This document shows positions 12,535 through 20,920 of a stretch of DNA of 22,166 nt, piece after piece. Below the pieces are notes generated by a model. The model saw only the letters and a list, made by a program, of their open reading frames with translations. It was not told the DNA's origin and ran no database searches. The stretch is from IMG/VR virus record IMGVR_UViG_3300044971_003869; one strand, given 5' to 3'. The position numbers were made by a program, and so were the translations under genes. Source of the DNA: a virus. Each line of letters begins with the position of its first letter. The first letter of the stretch is position 1.

Positions 12535-14958
12535 TTAATCCTCATCGTTCTTGATCATTGCGTGAATATAATGCACTGCAAATGCACAACCTGTAGCTAT
12601 GATGGTGATTTTTCTAGTTTCTCCAGAGAGGGTTGCGAACACTACGACGCTACTTGAAATCGTAAAAGCCAGTGCTGAAGTCTCTCTTGAGAATTTCTTG
12701 ATAAAGCCCCAAGGACTAAATCTTCTTTTCATTGTTTCCTCCTCGTATTTAAATATACTGTTTCTTGTGAAGTTATTATCTTCTTGATCTTCTGGACCCT
12801 CTATCTCAGCGTCCTCTTCTTCGCCGTCTGGATTCTCATTTTCCTTGCGACCATTCCTATTGCCTCCGTCTCCAGGTCCTCCTCCAGAACCGCCACCAGA
12901 GCCTCCAGAACCACCATCAGAGCCTCGAGAACTGCCACCAGAACCACCAGAGCCCCCTCCAGAACCTCCTGAGCCTCCTCCAGATCCAACTGCACCAGCA
13001 GTTGCAGCTGTAAGGACTGCAGTGGCAGCTAGTAGAGTTCTACGAGACTGTACGTCTACATTGGATCCCACTGGCACGTAGTCGTCAAGACCCTCTCCAT
13101 AAACGTCAATAGTTTCCTCAAAGGCATTCTTTACTTCTTCTGGGGCATTCGTCACTGCTTCAACAAGAGCTGCTTCTTCTTCAGTTGAAAGTTCGCCCAC
13201 AGGAATTTCAGCAAAGATTTCCGACGCCTGGTCACCATCAATGCTCTCTAAGACCTTTTCACTAGTGGCAAGTTCTGTAGCCTGATCTTCAGTAACACCA
13301 TTTTCTAAGATATTATCAACAGCATCAGCAACCTGATCTTCACTAATATTGTCTGATTCCAATATGTCTACGACTTCAGCAAACTGCTCATCGCTAAGGG
13401 GAGAGTCCAAAACTGCATCGATTACCTCAGCAAATTTTTCGTCGGACAATGGCTCAGCAAACACTGCACCCAAAGCTGCACTTAGTTCTGCAGTTGAAAG
13501 ATCATCGGCAAACACGGAGTCAACAACAGCAGCAAACTCTTCACTGTTCATAGGTCCATCAAAAAGAGATGTAACTAGTGCTGCGATTTCTTCTGGCGAG
13601 TCGGCATTACCTATAGCGTCTGTTACTGCTGCACCAAGTTCATCTGCGTTGTCTGTATTTTTAAAGATATCAGTAACTGTTTCATCAGCTGTATTTTGCG
13701 TCTCTTCTGGAATGCTTACTTCTGGAATTGTTTCATTTGGTAAATCTTCTGGCTCTGGAATTGCTACTGGAGTTGTATCTATTTCTGGAGTAGAAACTGG
13801 GGTTGGATCTAGTTCTGGAATTGAAACAGTAGTATTTTCTGTTGGAATAGTTTCGACAGGAGGGGGGACAACCGCTGGTTCGGTAGTTGTTGTCGTGCCT
13901 GTTGTTACTTCTGGAACTGTTGTGGTCGTTGTAGTTGTGCTGGTTGTAGTCGTTGTGGTTGTAGTGGTTGTTGTCGGTGGTGGTTCTGTTGTCGTGGTTG
14001 TGGTCGAAGGAGGTGGCTCTGTTGTTGTAGTCGGAGGAAGAGTTGGGGCTGTCTCGTTATTGGGCTCAACGCCACCAAATGTTTCACATGAGCCACCAGC
14101 CTGATTGCACGAGAGTGTTGTGCCAAGTTCACTGTCAATCATTAAGACTGGTGAAAGTGCAGTATCATCGAGGTTGAATACTGTGAAGCCAAGCTTATAA
14201 GTTCCGGTAACTGAGACTTCGTATGTTGACATTTGCCAACCAGTTGAGCCGTACGAGTTAGTTGAGTAGTCGCCAGTTCCCGGGTTAGAAAAACCAAGAA
14301 GAGCATAAGACTCCTCAAAGTTATTAACCGTAATCACTGGAGTCGATGCAACGGTGACAGGAACAAGCGAAGTTATAGATCCGTCATTGAATGGCACATA
14401 GTCAGTTGCCATATAGTTCCAAGCCATTGTATAAGTAATGCCAGCAGTGAGCTCCACTTCACGGGTAATCCATGCAGCATCAGTGGGGTTTCCTCCTCCA
14501 AATCCTGATGCCTGTGCCTGTGATGATAACATGCTTGTTATCTGTGATGTTTGGTTTCCAGAAAGTCCAAGTGCTACAGCAGCTTGAGTAAATGTTTGTT
14601 CACCCTTTGGTTGAAGCAGTGCTGCATATGTTGCGTTTTTTGGTGAAAAATTCCAAGTGCCTGCAGTGACCGCTGGTGCATAATACGGACTTGAAGGATT
14701 ACCCATCGCACTGCGTGCGCCGTGACTAAATAATCTAGAACCACTAAAGACAGTTACGCCAGTTCCGTTACCGTTGATTGACGGACCGAGTGTTCCAGTC
14801 TGTGAGCCTCTAGACCAACCAGTTAGTGTGCCATCTTCAAAGCCAGCATTGGGCATGGACACAGGAGTGCTGGTAGCCCTTGCCGCTATTGGGAAAACCC
14901 AAGCCATTAGAAATAGCAATACAAGGATCCAAGATCCATTACGTGGTTTTAATTTCAT
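12535..14958 (-). CDS. secreted/membrane-anchored mosaic protein (807 aa): signal peptide, lectin/CBM-like beta domain, Thr/Pro mucin-like stalk, ~10 acidic 17-aa repeats, TM, Gly/Ser linker, acidic segment, C-terminal TM hairpin
   Basis: GGAGGGG serves as SD. The N-terminus MKLKPRNGSWILVLLFLMAWVFPIAARA is signal-peptide-like. NAGFEDGTLTGWS opens the beta domain. The stalk includes TEPPPSTTTTTTEPPPT(11)ST(7). Repeats have the form LSDE(K/Q)FAEV(I/V)D..L...; TLLAATAVLTAATAGAV is hydrophobic and (GSGG)n follows. ALAFTISSSVVVFATL and ITIIATGCAFAVHYIHAMI are hydrophobic. Confidence 0.85.
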   Translation of the reverse strand: MKLKPRNGSWILVLLFLMAWVFPIAARATSTPVSMPNAGFEDGTLTGWSRGSQTGTLGPSINGNGTGVTVFSGSRLFSHGARSAMGNPSSPYYAPAVTAGTWNFSPKNATYAALLQPKGEQTFTQAAVALGLSGNQTSQITSMLSSQAQASGFGGGNPTDAAWITREVELTAGITYTMAWNYMATDYVPFNDGSITSLVPVTVASTPVITVNNFEESYALLGFSNPGTGDYSTNSYGSTGWQMSTYEVSVTGTYKLGFTVFNLDDTALSPVLMIDSELGTTLSCNQAGGSCETFGGVEPNNETAPTLPPTTTTEPPPSTTTTTTEPPPTTTTTTTTTTTSTTTTTTTVPEVTTGTTTTTEPAVVPPPVETIPTENTTVSIPELDPTPVSTPEIDTTPVAIPEPEDLPNETIPEVSIPEETQNTADETVTDIFKNTDNADELGAAVTDAIGNADSPEEIAALVTSLFDGPMNSEEFAAVVDSVFADDLSTAELSAALGAVFAEPLSDEKFAEVIDAVLDSPLSDEQFAEVVDILESDNISEDQVADAVDNILENGVTEDQATELATSEKVLESIDGDQASEIFAEIPVGELSTEEEAALVEAVTNAPEEVKNAFEETIDVYGEGLDDYVPVGSNVDVQSRRTLLAATAVLTAATAGAVGSGGGSGGSGGGSGGSGGSSRGSDGGSGGSGGGSGGGPGDGGNRNGRKENENPDGEEEDAEIEGPEDQEDNNFTRNSIFKYEEETMKRRFSPWGFIKKFSRETSALAFTISSSVVVFATLSGETRKITIIATGCAFAVHYIHAMIKNDED
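12862..12987 (-). repeat. Gly/Ser linker-coding repeat (GSGG)n
   Basis: Peptide is GSGGGSGGSGGGSGGSGGSSRGSDGGSGGSGGGSGGGPGDGG. The DNA shows a ccagaaccncc periodicity. Confidence 0.8.
13099..13653 (-). repeat. tandem ~51-nt (17-aa) acidic amphipathic repeats, about 10 copies
   Basis: The units seen are: DSPEEIAALVTSLFDGP, MNSEEFAAVVDSVFADD, LSTAELSAALGAVFAEP, LSDEKFAEVIDAVLDSP, LSDEQFAEVVDILESDN, ISEDQVADAVDNILENG, and so on. Confidence 0.75.
13699..14052 (-). repeat. coding low-complexity Thr/Pro tract (aa ~303-420), including (I/T)PE-type decapeptide repeats
   Basis: Runs of ACN Thr codons appear on the plus strand as gtngtngtn. The peptide includes VSIPELDPTPVSTPEIDTTPVAIPEPEDLPNETIPEVSIPEE. 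Confidence 0.8.
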
Positions 14959-14982
14959 TACCCCTCCAGGTAGTCATACCTT

Positions 14983-14990
14983 ATAGTAAT
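14983..14990 (-). promoter_or_regulatory. RTTACTAT motif (ATTACTAT), candidate promoter of the 807-aa gene
   Basis: Plus strand reads atagtaat. It lies 24 nt upstream of the ATG at 14958 and just downstream of a terminator. Confidence 0.5.
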
Positions 14991-15015
14991 GAAGCTAAGT
15001 TAAATGTGCGGCGGC

Positions 15016-15051
15016 CAAATAGAAAAGACCCCAGCTGTTAAGCCAGGGTCT
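15016..15051 (-). terminator. rho-independent terminator (minus strand)
   Basis: The minus-strand RNA reads AGACCCUGGC-UUAACA-GCUGGGGUCU. That gives a 10-bp stem with two G-U pairs, followed by UUUCUAUUUG. On the plus strand the G-U pairs become C-A mismatches, so the hairpin is strand-specific. It lies 45 nt after the stop at 15096. Confidence 0.6.
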
Positions 15052-15095
15052 AATCATGTGCCTCCGTTGCAAGGACTTATATTATAACATATGAT

Positions 15096-15215
15096 TTAGT
15101 CAATTTCTACGTCTGGATCAGTTTTTTTTAGGCCATCTACAATAACGGCGATTAACGCTACCGGCATTGCAAACATACCCGCAATTATAATTGCAATAAT
15201 TATTCCTTTAATCAT
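15096..15215 (-). CDS. 39-aa single-TM protein
   Basis: Hand-translated as MIKGIIIAIIIAGMFAMPVALIAVIVDGLKKTDPDVEID. AAGGA lies 8 nt upstream. It is the last gene before the terminator and is below the track cutoff. Confidence 0.45.
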   Translation of the reverse strand: MIKGIIIAIIIAGMFAMPVALIAVIVDGLKKTDPDVEID

Positions 15216-15233
15216 TACGAAAATCCTTAATTA

Positions 15234-15857
15234 TTAAGAAAATATAGTAGGAATACTTATTAACACAATGATTCCAAGCAGCCAAAGTACAATTGAAAAA
15301 ATTACCAAGTAAGCAACAAGGTTTTTAATCTTCATGACTGCGGTTATACCCAGAAGAAACAAAGAAACAGCAAACAAACCTGTTAGCATTTGGAGTCGGT
15401 TACTTTTTTCACCATCAGTATTAGACAAATCAGTCCAGTACTTGCTGCTTTCAAACTGTTTGACATACGGCTCGTATAGCTCATCCATATAAGGTTTACA
15501 GTTTGGCAGTTGTCCTTTTGGATCTTTAAAAAAGCACGGCATTGCAAATGTGTATAACTCATAAGAGCCATTAGACGTTTTTATGTCACTGTAAATGTCG
15601 TCAAGACTAACGCCGTCTACAACTACACGGATTTGCTTGTCCTTCCATACGGTCAAATCATCTCTATATTTAACCTCTGATGTAATCCACATTCTGTCGG
15701 CCTCTGATAAACTTAACTGATACTCAGAGTTTGCGTCTCCAGACCTACCTCCGTATAGAGAAGACTGGATAGCTGTCCAAGCTGTAGTGGTTGACACCAA
15801 GCCGAGCATGATGACAATTAGTAGCTCGCTTGAAAACTTTTCTATTACCCTACGCAT
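15234..15857 (-). CDS. membrane protein (207 aa): N-terminal TM, ~130-aa soluble domain, two C-terminal TMs
   Basis: Hydrophobic segments are LLIVIMLGLVSTTTAWTAI, LTGLFAVSLFLLGITAV and LVIFSIVLWLLGIIVLISI. The start follows the peptidase gene's stop by 3 nt. Confidence 0.7.
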   Translation of the reverse strand: MRRVIEKFSSELLIVIMLGLVSTTTAWTAIQSSLYGGRSGDANSEYQLSLSEADRMWITSEVKYRDDLTVWKDKQIRVVVDGVSLDDIYSDIKTSNGSYELYTFAMPCFFKDPKGQLPNCKPYMDELYEPYVKQFESSKYWTDLSNTDGEKSNRLQMLTGLFAVSLFLLGITAVMKIKNLVAYLVIFSIVLWLLGIIVLISIPTIFS

Positions 15858-15860
15858 TTA

Positions 15861-16391
15861 TTATGCACCTGGCTTAGGCAAAGCCCTCCATGCAGCTTCC
15901 ATCTTTGCTGCATCCTTAGCAAACTCTGGCTCAAGTTCAATGTGAATCCACTTACCACCAAAAGAACCAGCATTATCTTTAGCGTCATATATTTTTACAC
16001 CCTTTTCGCCTTCACCTCTTGAGCAGCGGAATCCTCTACCATAACCAGGCTTTTTATCCGAAGCGTTTGCATCGTAAGCGTAGTCGTGAATCTCTACAAT
16101 GCCCAAAGCTTCAGCATTTGCGAGGAACCAATCCCACATTGCTACACCGATTTTGCGGTCTGTGTAACCAATGTCTGCTGCTGCACCAGTTGCGTGAACT
16201 GACAGCCACTTTTCCATTCCTGGATCGCCAATCTTTTTACCAGCGGTATGGGAATTTCTCATCAATCTAGGAGAGTAAATTCCCATGTTGCTAGTCTTCC
16301 ATCTACGAGCGCAAGCATTGACAAACCATTCTGTTCCAGCTCCTGCTTTTTTGCCATCAAATGATGGATAATATGGATATTTTCTTGGCAT
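15861..16391 (-). CDS. LAS-type zinc peptidase (peptidase M15 / VanY-like), probable endolysin
   Basis: SVHATGAAAD is an exact match to the SxHxxGxAxD motif, and the distal His lies in KWIHIE. AAGGAG serves as SD and an RTTACTAT motif lies 35 nt upstream. Confidence 0.65.
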   Translation of the reverse strand: MPRKYPYYPSFDGKKAGAGTEWFVNACARRWKTSNMGIYSPRLMRNSHTAGKKIGDPGMEKWLSVHATGAAADIGYTDRKIGVAMWDWFLANAEALGIVEIHDYAYDANASDKKPGYGRGFRCSRGEGEKGVKIYDAKDNAGSFGGKWIHIELEPEFAKDAAKMEAAWRALPKPGA

Positions 16392-16426
16392 TTTGATTCT
16401 CCTTTTAAATTTTAAAATATGTTATT

Positions 16427-16434
16427 ATAGTAAC
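16427..16434 (-). promoter_or_regulatory. RTTACTAT motif (GTTACTATAAT), candidate promoter of the lysis cassette
   Basis: Plus strand reads atagtaac. It lies in the 51-nt gap between the GT25 stop and the peptidase ATG. Confidence 0.5.
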
Positions 16435-16442
16435 GAATATTA

Positions 16443-17129
16443 TCAAAAAGATGTAGTGAACATCTCCACTGCTTCTGGCTGCTCTTCTGCTACCTTTGGG
16501 TGAATCGTTTCTATTAAAACTAGTGGCTCTCTAGTGAATCTATCAGCCGCAAACCAACCATTGTTTACAGCATCATTTACCAGAATTTCGGCAGCGTGGG
16601 GCTTGATGGCGTATGCGTACGCGCAGTTCATGGATACTATACCTCTAGCCTCGCCTGGGCTAAAACCCATTCTAAAGACAGAATCTTGTATACCATCAGC
16701 ATACTCATCAAAAGTGCCTCTCATGTGCCTTCTTCTGATTGAACCTTCCCAGTCTAAGTGTAGTACATCTTTCCAGATAAAATCATTCCAAGGTCTTAAA
16801 ATTTTTGCGTCGTGCTCCATTATTATAATAGGCTCATTTAAAGATATTGATTTTAACCAAAGATCAAAATGCGATGCGAAGCATCCTATTGTTCCGACTA
16901 CTGTCGTCCATCTATTATATAAATCAAAGTATGGAACTGTAGTATCAGATATGGGCCTAACGTTATGAGACAAAAGGAAATCAGATGACTCTTCGCCACA
17001 GTGCGCATCAAAAACATGTGCTTCGTAGCCGTGAACATTTAAAGACTCAATACAATTATTTGACAATCTAACTGAAGACTCATTGTCTTTTAATGTTATA
17101 ACAAAAGCTTTCATTATAAGACTTTCCAA
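16443..17129 (-). CDS. glycosyltransferase family 25-like
   Basis: MKAFVITLKDNE...FDA at the N-terminus and GTIGCFASHFDLWLKSISLNEPIIIMEHDA resemble GT25 (Lic2/LpsA type) blocks. The start overlaps the GT11 gene by 16 nt. Confidence 0.7.
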   Translation of the reverse strand: MESLIMKAFVITLKDNESSVRLSNNCIESLNVHGYEAHVFDAHCGEESSDFLLSHNVRPISDTTVPYFDLYNRWTTVVGTIGCFASHFDLWLKSISLNEPIIIMEHDAKILRPWNDFIWKDVLHLDWEGSIRRRHMRGTFDEYADGIQDSVFRMGFSPGEARGIVSMNCAYAYAIKPHAAEILVNDAVNNGWFAADRFTREPLVLIETIHPKVAEEQPEAVEMFTTSF

Positions 17130-17884
17130 TCTTCTGGAATTAAATCTTTTATATCATGATTTAATTTTGGCCCAAACCAAACTTCTGGAACTGTTATTTC
17201 CTTATTTGGATCCTCGTTTAACCATGCGCCCCACCAACTAAATGAACTATTAGCTAAAATGTGTCCATCACATTGAGACATCAGGTACATATCTTCATAG
17301 TTGCTATTCTGTGAAAAAATGAACTTACCCGTATTGAGTAAGTCTAAATTCATACACCATTCAATGTCATCAGAAAAAACAAAACCCAAATCATAGGAAT
17401 CAAATTTTTTAATAGACTGAGCATAATATTCATATGGTGGGATAGGATGGGAATCTGAGTATTGAAGATAATCAGTTCTTCTAAAGTGAATAGAAAAAAT
17501 CTTCATTCCAGTTAATGACTGCATTATTGGAGATACGTGATCTATTATTTCATCTTTAAATATAAAATCTTTTCTTATATCTTCTTCAATGTGTTTAAAG
17601 TATTTTTCAGTTTGAAAATAACCCATTAAGTCTCTATCGTCTATTTTTTCATTAAAAAAATCTTCATCAAAATGATAAAATCTTTCGTTGAATGTTTGTA
17701 GACCCTGTATTGGGTTAATGTGATTTTCTATACTCGGCAGTTTAAATGCTTCGAATAAGCTATGCCCACTTGATGGTATTTGATAATCATTTCCACCATT
17801 TACAGCAATTCCTTTTGTTGCTGCGTATTGAAACATTTGATTTCCAAGACGACCATTTCTACCTAAAGTATTATGAGTCAGCAT
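17114..17884 (-). CDS. glycosyltransferase family 11 (alpha-1,2-fucosyltransferase family)
   Basis: GRLGNQMFQYA, HFRRTDY, FVFSDDIEWCMNLDL and LMSQCDGHILANSSFSWWGAWL are colinear with H. pylori FutC motifs as I remember them. Confidence 0.85.
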   Translation of the reverse strand: MLTHNTLGRNGRLGNQMFQYAATKGIAVNGGNDYQIPSSGHSLFEAFKLPSIENHINPIQGLQTFNERFYHFDEDFFNEKIDDRDLMGYFQTEKYFKHIEEDIRKDFIFKDEIIDHVSPIMQSLTGMKIFSIHFRRTDYLQYSDSHPIPPYEYYAQSIKKFDSYDLGFVFSDDIEWCMNLDLLNTGKFIFSQNSNYEDMYLMSQCDGHILANSSFSWWGAWLNEDPNKEITVPEVWFGPKLNHDIKDLIPEDWKVL

Positions 17885-18476
17885 TTCTCTTCCAGTTTTC
17901 CCAAACGTAAGGATACTTCCAGGTTATAGAGTGCGTTTTAGATAATCCTTCTAATATATATGCGTATTCTTCTTCGTAGTTATCTATCATATGAAACTGT
18001 ATCTGAAGATTATCAAAAATACTAATAGTTCCATTGTCTATTAAATCCCTAAGAAGTGGATACTCCGCACCCTCAATGTTTATCTTGACTAGATCTATAT
18101 TATTGATATTTAAATCTTTTATAAAAGACTTCAAATCGATACAGTCTATTTCCATCAAATTATCTTCGTGATAGATGCTAGCTTCGTTATCATCAACACC
18201 AAGGGTTAATTTTCCATCAAACGTCCACGCAGCAACGTTGTGCATATGGACTTTTTCTTGGTCCCACAATCTAGCTTTGCATGAATTAAATAAAGGTGTT
18301 GGTTCAAATACGTGCATAGTGCATTTATACCTATTATAGATAGGGCTACACCAATCTCCAACGCTACCTCCAATATCAAAAACAATAGATTCTTCATTAA
18401 GATCGTAATCTAAACGAAGGGTTGCATCTCCACTGTCTGCGTACCATTGCGTTGAATCTGCTGGTCTAATTTTCAT
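17871..18476 (-). CDS. FkbM-family methyltransferase
   Basis: FDIGGSVGDW...HVFEP and IDLVKINIEGAEYPLL match the FkbM/Methyltransf_21 pattern. Confidence 0.72.
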   Translation of the reverse strand: MKIRPADSTQWYADSGDATLRLDYDLNEESIVFDIGGSVGDWCSPIYNRYKCTMHVFEPTPLFNSCKARLWDQEKVHMHNVAAWTFDGKLTLGVDDNEASIYHEDNLMEIDCIDLKSFIKDLNINNIDLVKINIEGAEYPLLRDLIDNGTISIFDNLQIQFHMIDNYEEEYAYILEGLSKTHSITWKYPYVWENWKRNADS

Positions 18477-19447
18477 TTAGCGTTAGCTTTCATCTTGTCA
18501 TAGATCCAAGAATAAGTGCTCTCCATGCCACTACGAAGAGATATGCTAGGCTCCCAATCGAACACTGATTTAAATAAAGTATTGTCACTATTTCTTCCTC
18601 TGACTCCTTGTGGAGCAGAGCTATCATAGATTCTCTTCACTTTGATGCCGGCGATATCTTCAGCTATATCCACTAATTGATTAATGGTAACTAGCTCAGC
18701 ACTACCAATATTTACAGGATCGTGCATGCTGGAGTTCATAAGGCCTATAGTTCCCTTTACACAGTCATCAACATACATAAATGATCTTGTCTGCTCACCG
18801 TCACCCCAAATAACGATCTCATTTTTTCCTGATATTTTAGCTTCTGCTATTTTTCTGGCAATTGCGGCTGGGGCTTTTTCTCTACCGCCAAAGTATGTGC
18901 CATGAGGTCCGTAAACATTATGATATCTAGCTACATGTGTAGCTATTTTATAATCTTCCATAAAGTGTCTGCACATTCTTTCGGAGAAAAGTTTTTCCCA
19001 ACCATATCCATCTTCTGCATCTGCTGGATAGGCGTCTGATTCTTTTAACGCAGTAACATCTGCAGAGTCTTGCTTAGATCCATTATAGACACAAGCTGAA
19101 GAAGTGAATAAGAAGTTCTTAACTCCGTTTTCTTTAGCTGCCATAAGCAGATGCGTATTAATTAGCACGCTTAGCATACACTCTGCTTTATTATTCTCAA
19201 TGAAACCAATTCCACCCATGTCTGCTGATAGGTTGTAAATTTGATCTACACCCTTAGATATATTTAAGCAGTTAAATTCCTTAGACATGTCAGACACTGC
19301 GCTATGAACATTGACACTAGTGTGAATTTGATGCCAATCCGACATAGACTTTTTATCAACTGCGATGATTTGATGTCCTTGCTTAGCGAGTGTGCCAACT
19401 AAGTGTCCACCAATAAATCCGCCTGCTCCAGTTACTAAAATTTTCAT
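18473..19447 (-). CDS. GDP-mannose 3,5-epimerase family SDR
   Basis: Contains VTGAGGFIGGH, NLSADMGGIGFI, SSACVY, LKESDAYPA, YGWEKL, YHNVYGP.GT..GGREKAPAA, WGDGEQTRSF, PVNIGS and GVRGRNSDN. All are colinear with plant GME blocks as I remember them. Confidence 0.82.
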   Translation of the reverse strand: MKILVTGAGGFIGGHLVGTLAKQGHQIIAVDKKSMSDWHQIHTSVNVHSAVSDMSKEFNCLNISKGVDQIYNLSADMGGIGFIENNKAECMLSVLINTHLLMAAKENGVKNFLFTSSACVYNGSKQDSADVTALKESDAYPADAEDGYGWEKLFSERMCRHFMEDYKIATHVARYHNVYGPHGTYFGGREKAPAAIARKIAEAKISGKNEIVIWGDGEQTRSFMYVDDCVKGTIGLMNSSMHDPVNIGSAELVTINQLVDIAEDIAGIKVKRIYDSSAPQGVRGRNSDNTLFKSVFDWEPSISLRSGMESTYSWIYDKMKANAK

Positions 19448-20244
19448 GATGTTAAATTCCTATTCTCGTTATGGTTTTCTCTTAGTATAAGATCGAAGTG
19501 TCTATTATACAATATTCTCATGTTCTTATGGTTGGCTTTATACAGCCAATTTGCTACGCCACCAGTAGCTCTTGTGCCACCCCAGGAATAATCTGATTGA
19601 TAATCAATCCAGTAGCATCCTGAAACTTTTCCGTAATCTTTAAATGCCCTATAGGCCAAGTCATGATCATCCATTTCTTGCGGGGAGTATATCTCATCAA
19701 GATAATTTAACTTAACAAGGATTTCGTGATCTATCATTAGGGGGCCACGATTTACTGTACTTCTTACTGCAAAAGTATCTCTATCTATAGAAGATCTATC
19801 TGCGTGGTTTGTGTGATTTAAGATATCACACCAGCAGTCATCTAACTCTTCTTCTAATTCAAGGTGTAAAGATCTTGGATTTATTCTCCAATCATGTGCA
19901 GTTCTTGCGGTGACGGCAAATACATCTTTAAAGGAGAATGGTTTTTCCATTCTTAAATTCCATCCCTTTTCTTTAATTACCATATCATCTTGGATGATAA
20001 TTACTTTGTTACCCTCGGCTGCTTTTAGGCCAATATTATTTGCCTTTGTTTCAAAAACGTCGTCTGCATACTTTATCGTTGTATTACCTTTAGCCAATGA
20101 CTTAACAACCTTTTCGGAGTTATCAGTACAACCGTCCAATACCACTATTACTTCATACAGACCTTCTGTATTGTCGTATATGGAGGTCAGTACTTTATCT
20201 ACAAGCCAATCTTTATTGTGTACTGTTAATACTATGCTATGCAT
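19444..20244 (-). CDS. glycosyltransferase family 2
   Basis: SIVLTVHNKDWLVDKVLTSIYDNTEGLYEVIVVLDGCTDNS and IIIQDDM show a GT-A fold N-terminus and DxD-type motif. There is a 4-nt ATGA overlap with the downstream gene. Confidence 0.8.
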   Translation of the reverse strand: MHSIVLTVHNKDWLVDKVLTSIYDNTEGLYEVIVVLDGCTDNSEKVVKSLAKGNTTIKYADDVFETKANNIGLKAAEGNKVIIIQDDMVIKEKGWNLRMEKPFSFKDVFAVTARTAHDWRINPRSLHLELEEELDDCWCDILNHTNHADRSSIDRDTFAVRSTVNRGPLMIDHEILVKLNYLDEIYSPQEMDDHDLAYRAFKDYGKVSGCYWIDYQSDYSWGGTRATGGVANWLYKANHKNMRILYNRHFDLILRENHNENRNLTS

Positions 20245-20917
20245 TGGGGAACGTAAACTTTCTATACATCCCTATATCATCATAGGGAAGTCTTCTTCTT
20301 GTAACTATATTGGTCAAAATGCTCTGATCATGCCTATGGTCTTTAAATAAATCATGATTTTGTAAGCCAGAAACATTTTCTGCGTCAGTCAATATTCTAG
20401 CATCCTTGCAGTATTCTAGCCACTCTTGAAGTATCTCTTTAGATTTAATATTAACTGTCCAGTAAGAAACTCCAGCTTCTAACTGTGGAGCGTTCCAGTA
20501 CATCTCACTATCACAATCCATGTATACGAAGCAGTCTTTTTTTGTCCATGTTGCGTTGTGATTCCCATAAGAAATAAATAAGCAGCTTGAATATGTTAAA
20601 TGTGATTCTATCGCTTCAGTTATTGACTGACCATCAACCTCTGAAAAAAATAAGTCTCCACTATCAATATAGAATACTACATCTCCATCTTTGGCTTTAT
20701 TCATTGCGTCAAGAATAATGTAAGGCTTCCATAGCCAGTATCCTAATCCTCTTGGCTGATCCAGTATGGATTTATTTTGTTCATAAAATTCTGTTTTTTT
20801 TAACCAATCATGAGTATAAGAATGGCAGACAAACCCAATACTCTTACCTTGTTCGGAAAGCGCATCTTGTTTTTGTTTGAATTTTTCATCCGCAAATGTA
20901 ACTAAGTGCCAAGTCAT
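20237..20917 (-). CDS. hypothetical protein, possibly a GT-A-like sugar transferase
   Basis: Embedded in the glycan operon. The WLWKPYIILDAM...GDVVFYIDSGD pattern (a possible DxD) is suggestive only. Confidence 0.4.
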   Translation of the reverse strand: MTWHLVTFADEKFKQKQDALSEQGKSIGFVCHSYTHDWLKKTEFYEQNKSILDQPRGLGYWLWKPYIILDAMNKAKDGDVVFYIDSGDLFFSEVDGQSITEAIESHLTYSSCLFISYGNHNATWTKKDCFVYMDCDSEMYWNAPQLEAGVSYWTVNIKSKEILQEWLEYCKDARILTDAENVSGLQNHDLFKDHRHDQSILTNIVTRRRLPYDDIGMYRKFTFPNA

Positions 20918-20920
20918 TAT

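Noticed and set aside
12862-14052. Periodic DNA repeats that might be mistaken for a CRISPR array or VNTR
   Set aside because: The periodicity is in multiples of 3 nt, lies wholly within one long ORF, and translates into coherent peptide repeats. No repeat-spacer structure is present.
13349-14104. 251-aa plus-strand ORF (plus smaller ones at 12784..13081, 12801..12995 and 13905..14138) overlapping the 807-aa gene
   Set aside because: These are antisense or off-frame to a low-complexity Thr/Pro/Gly/Ser-coding region that naturally lacks stops in several frames. The products are homopolymeric (V/G/S/P runs). There is no SD or start context.
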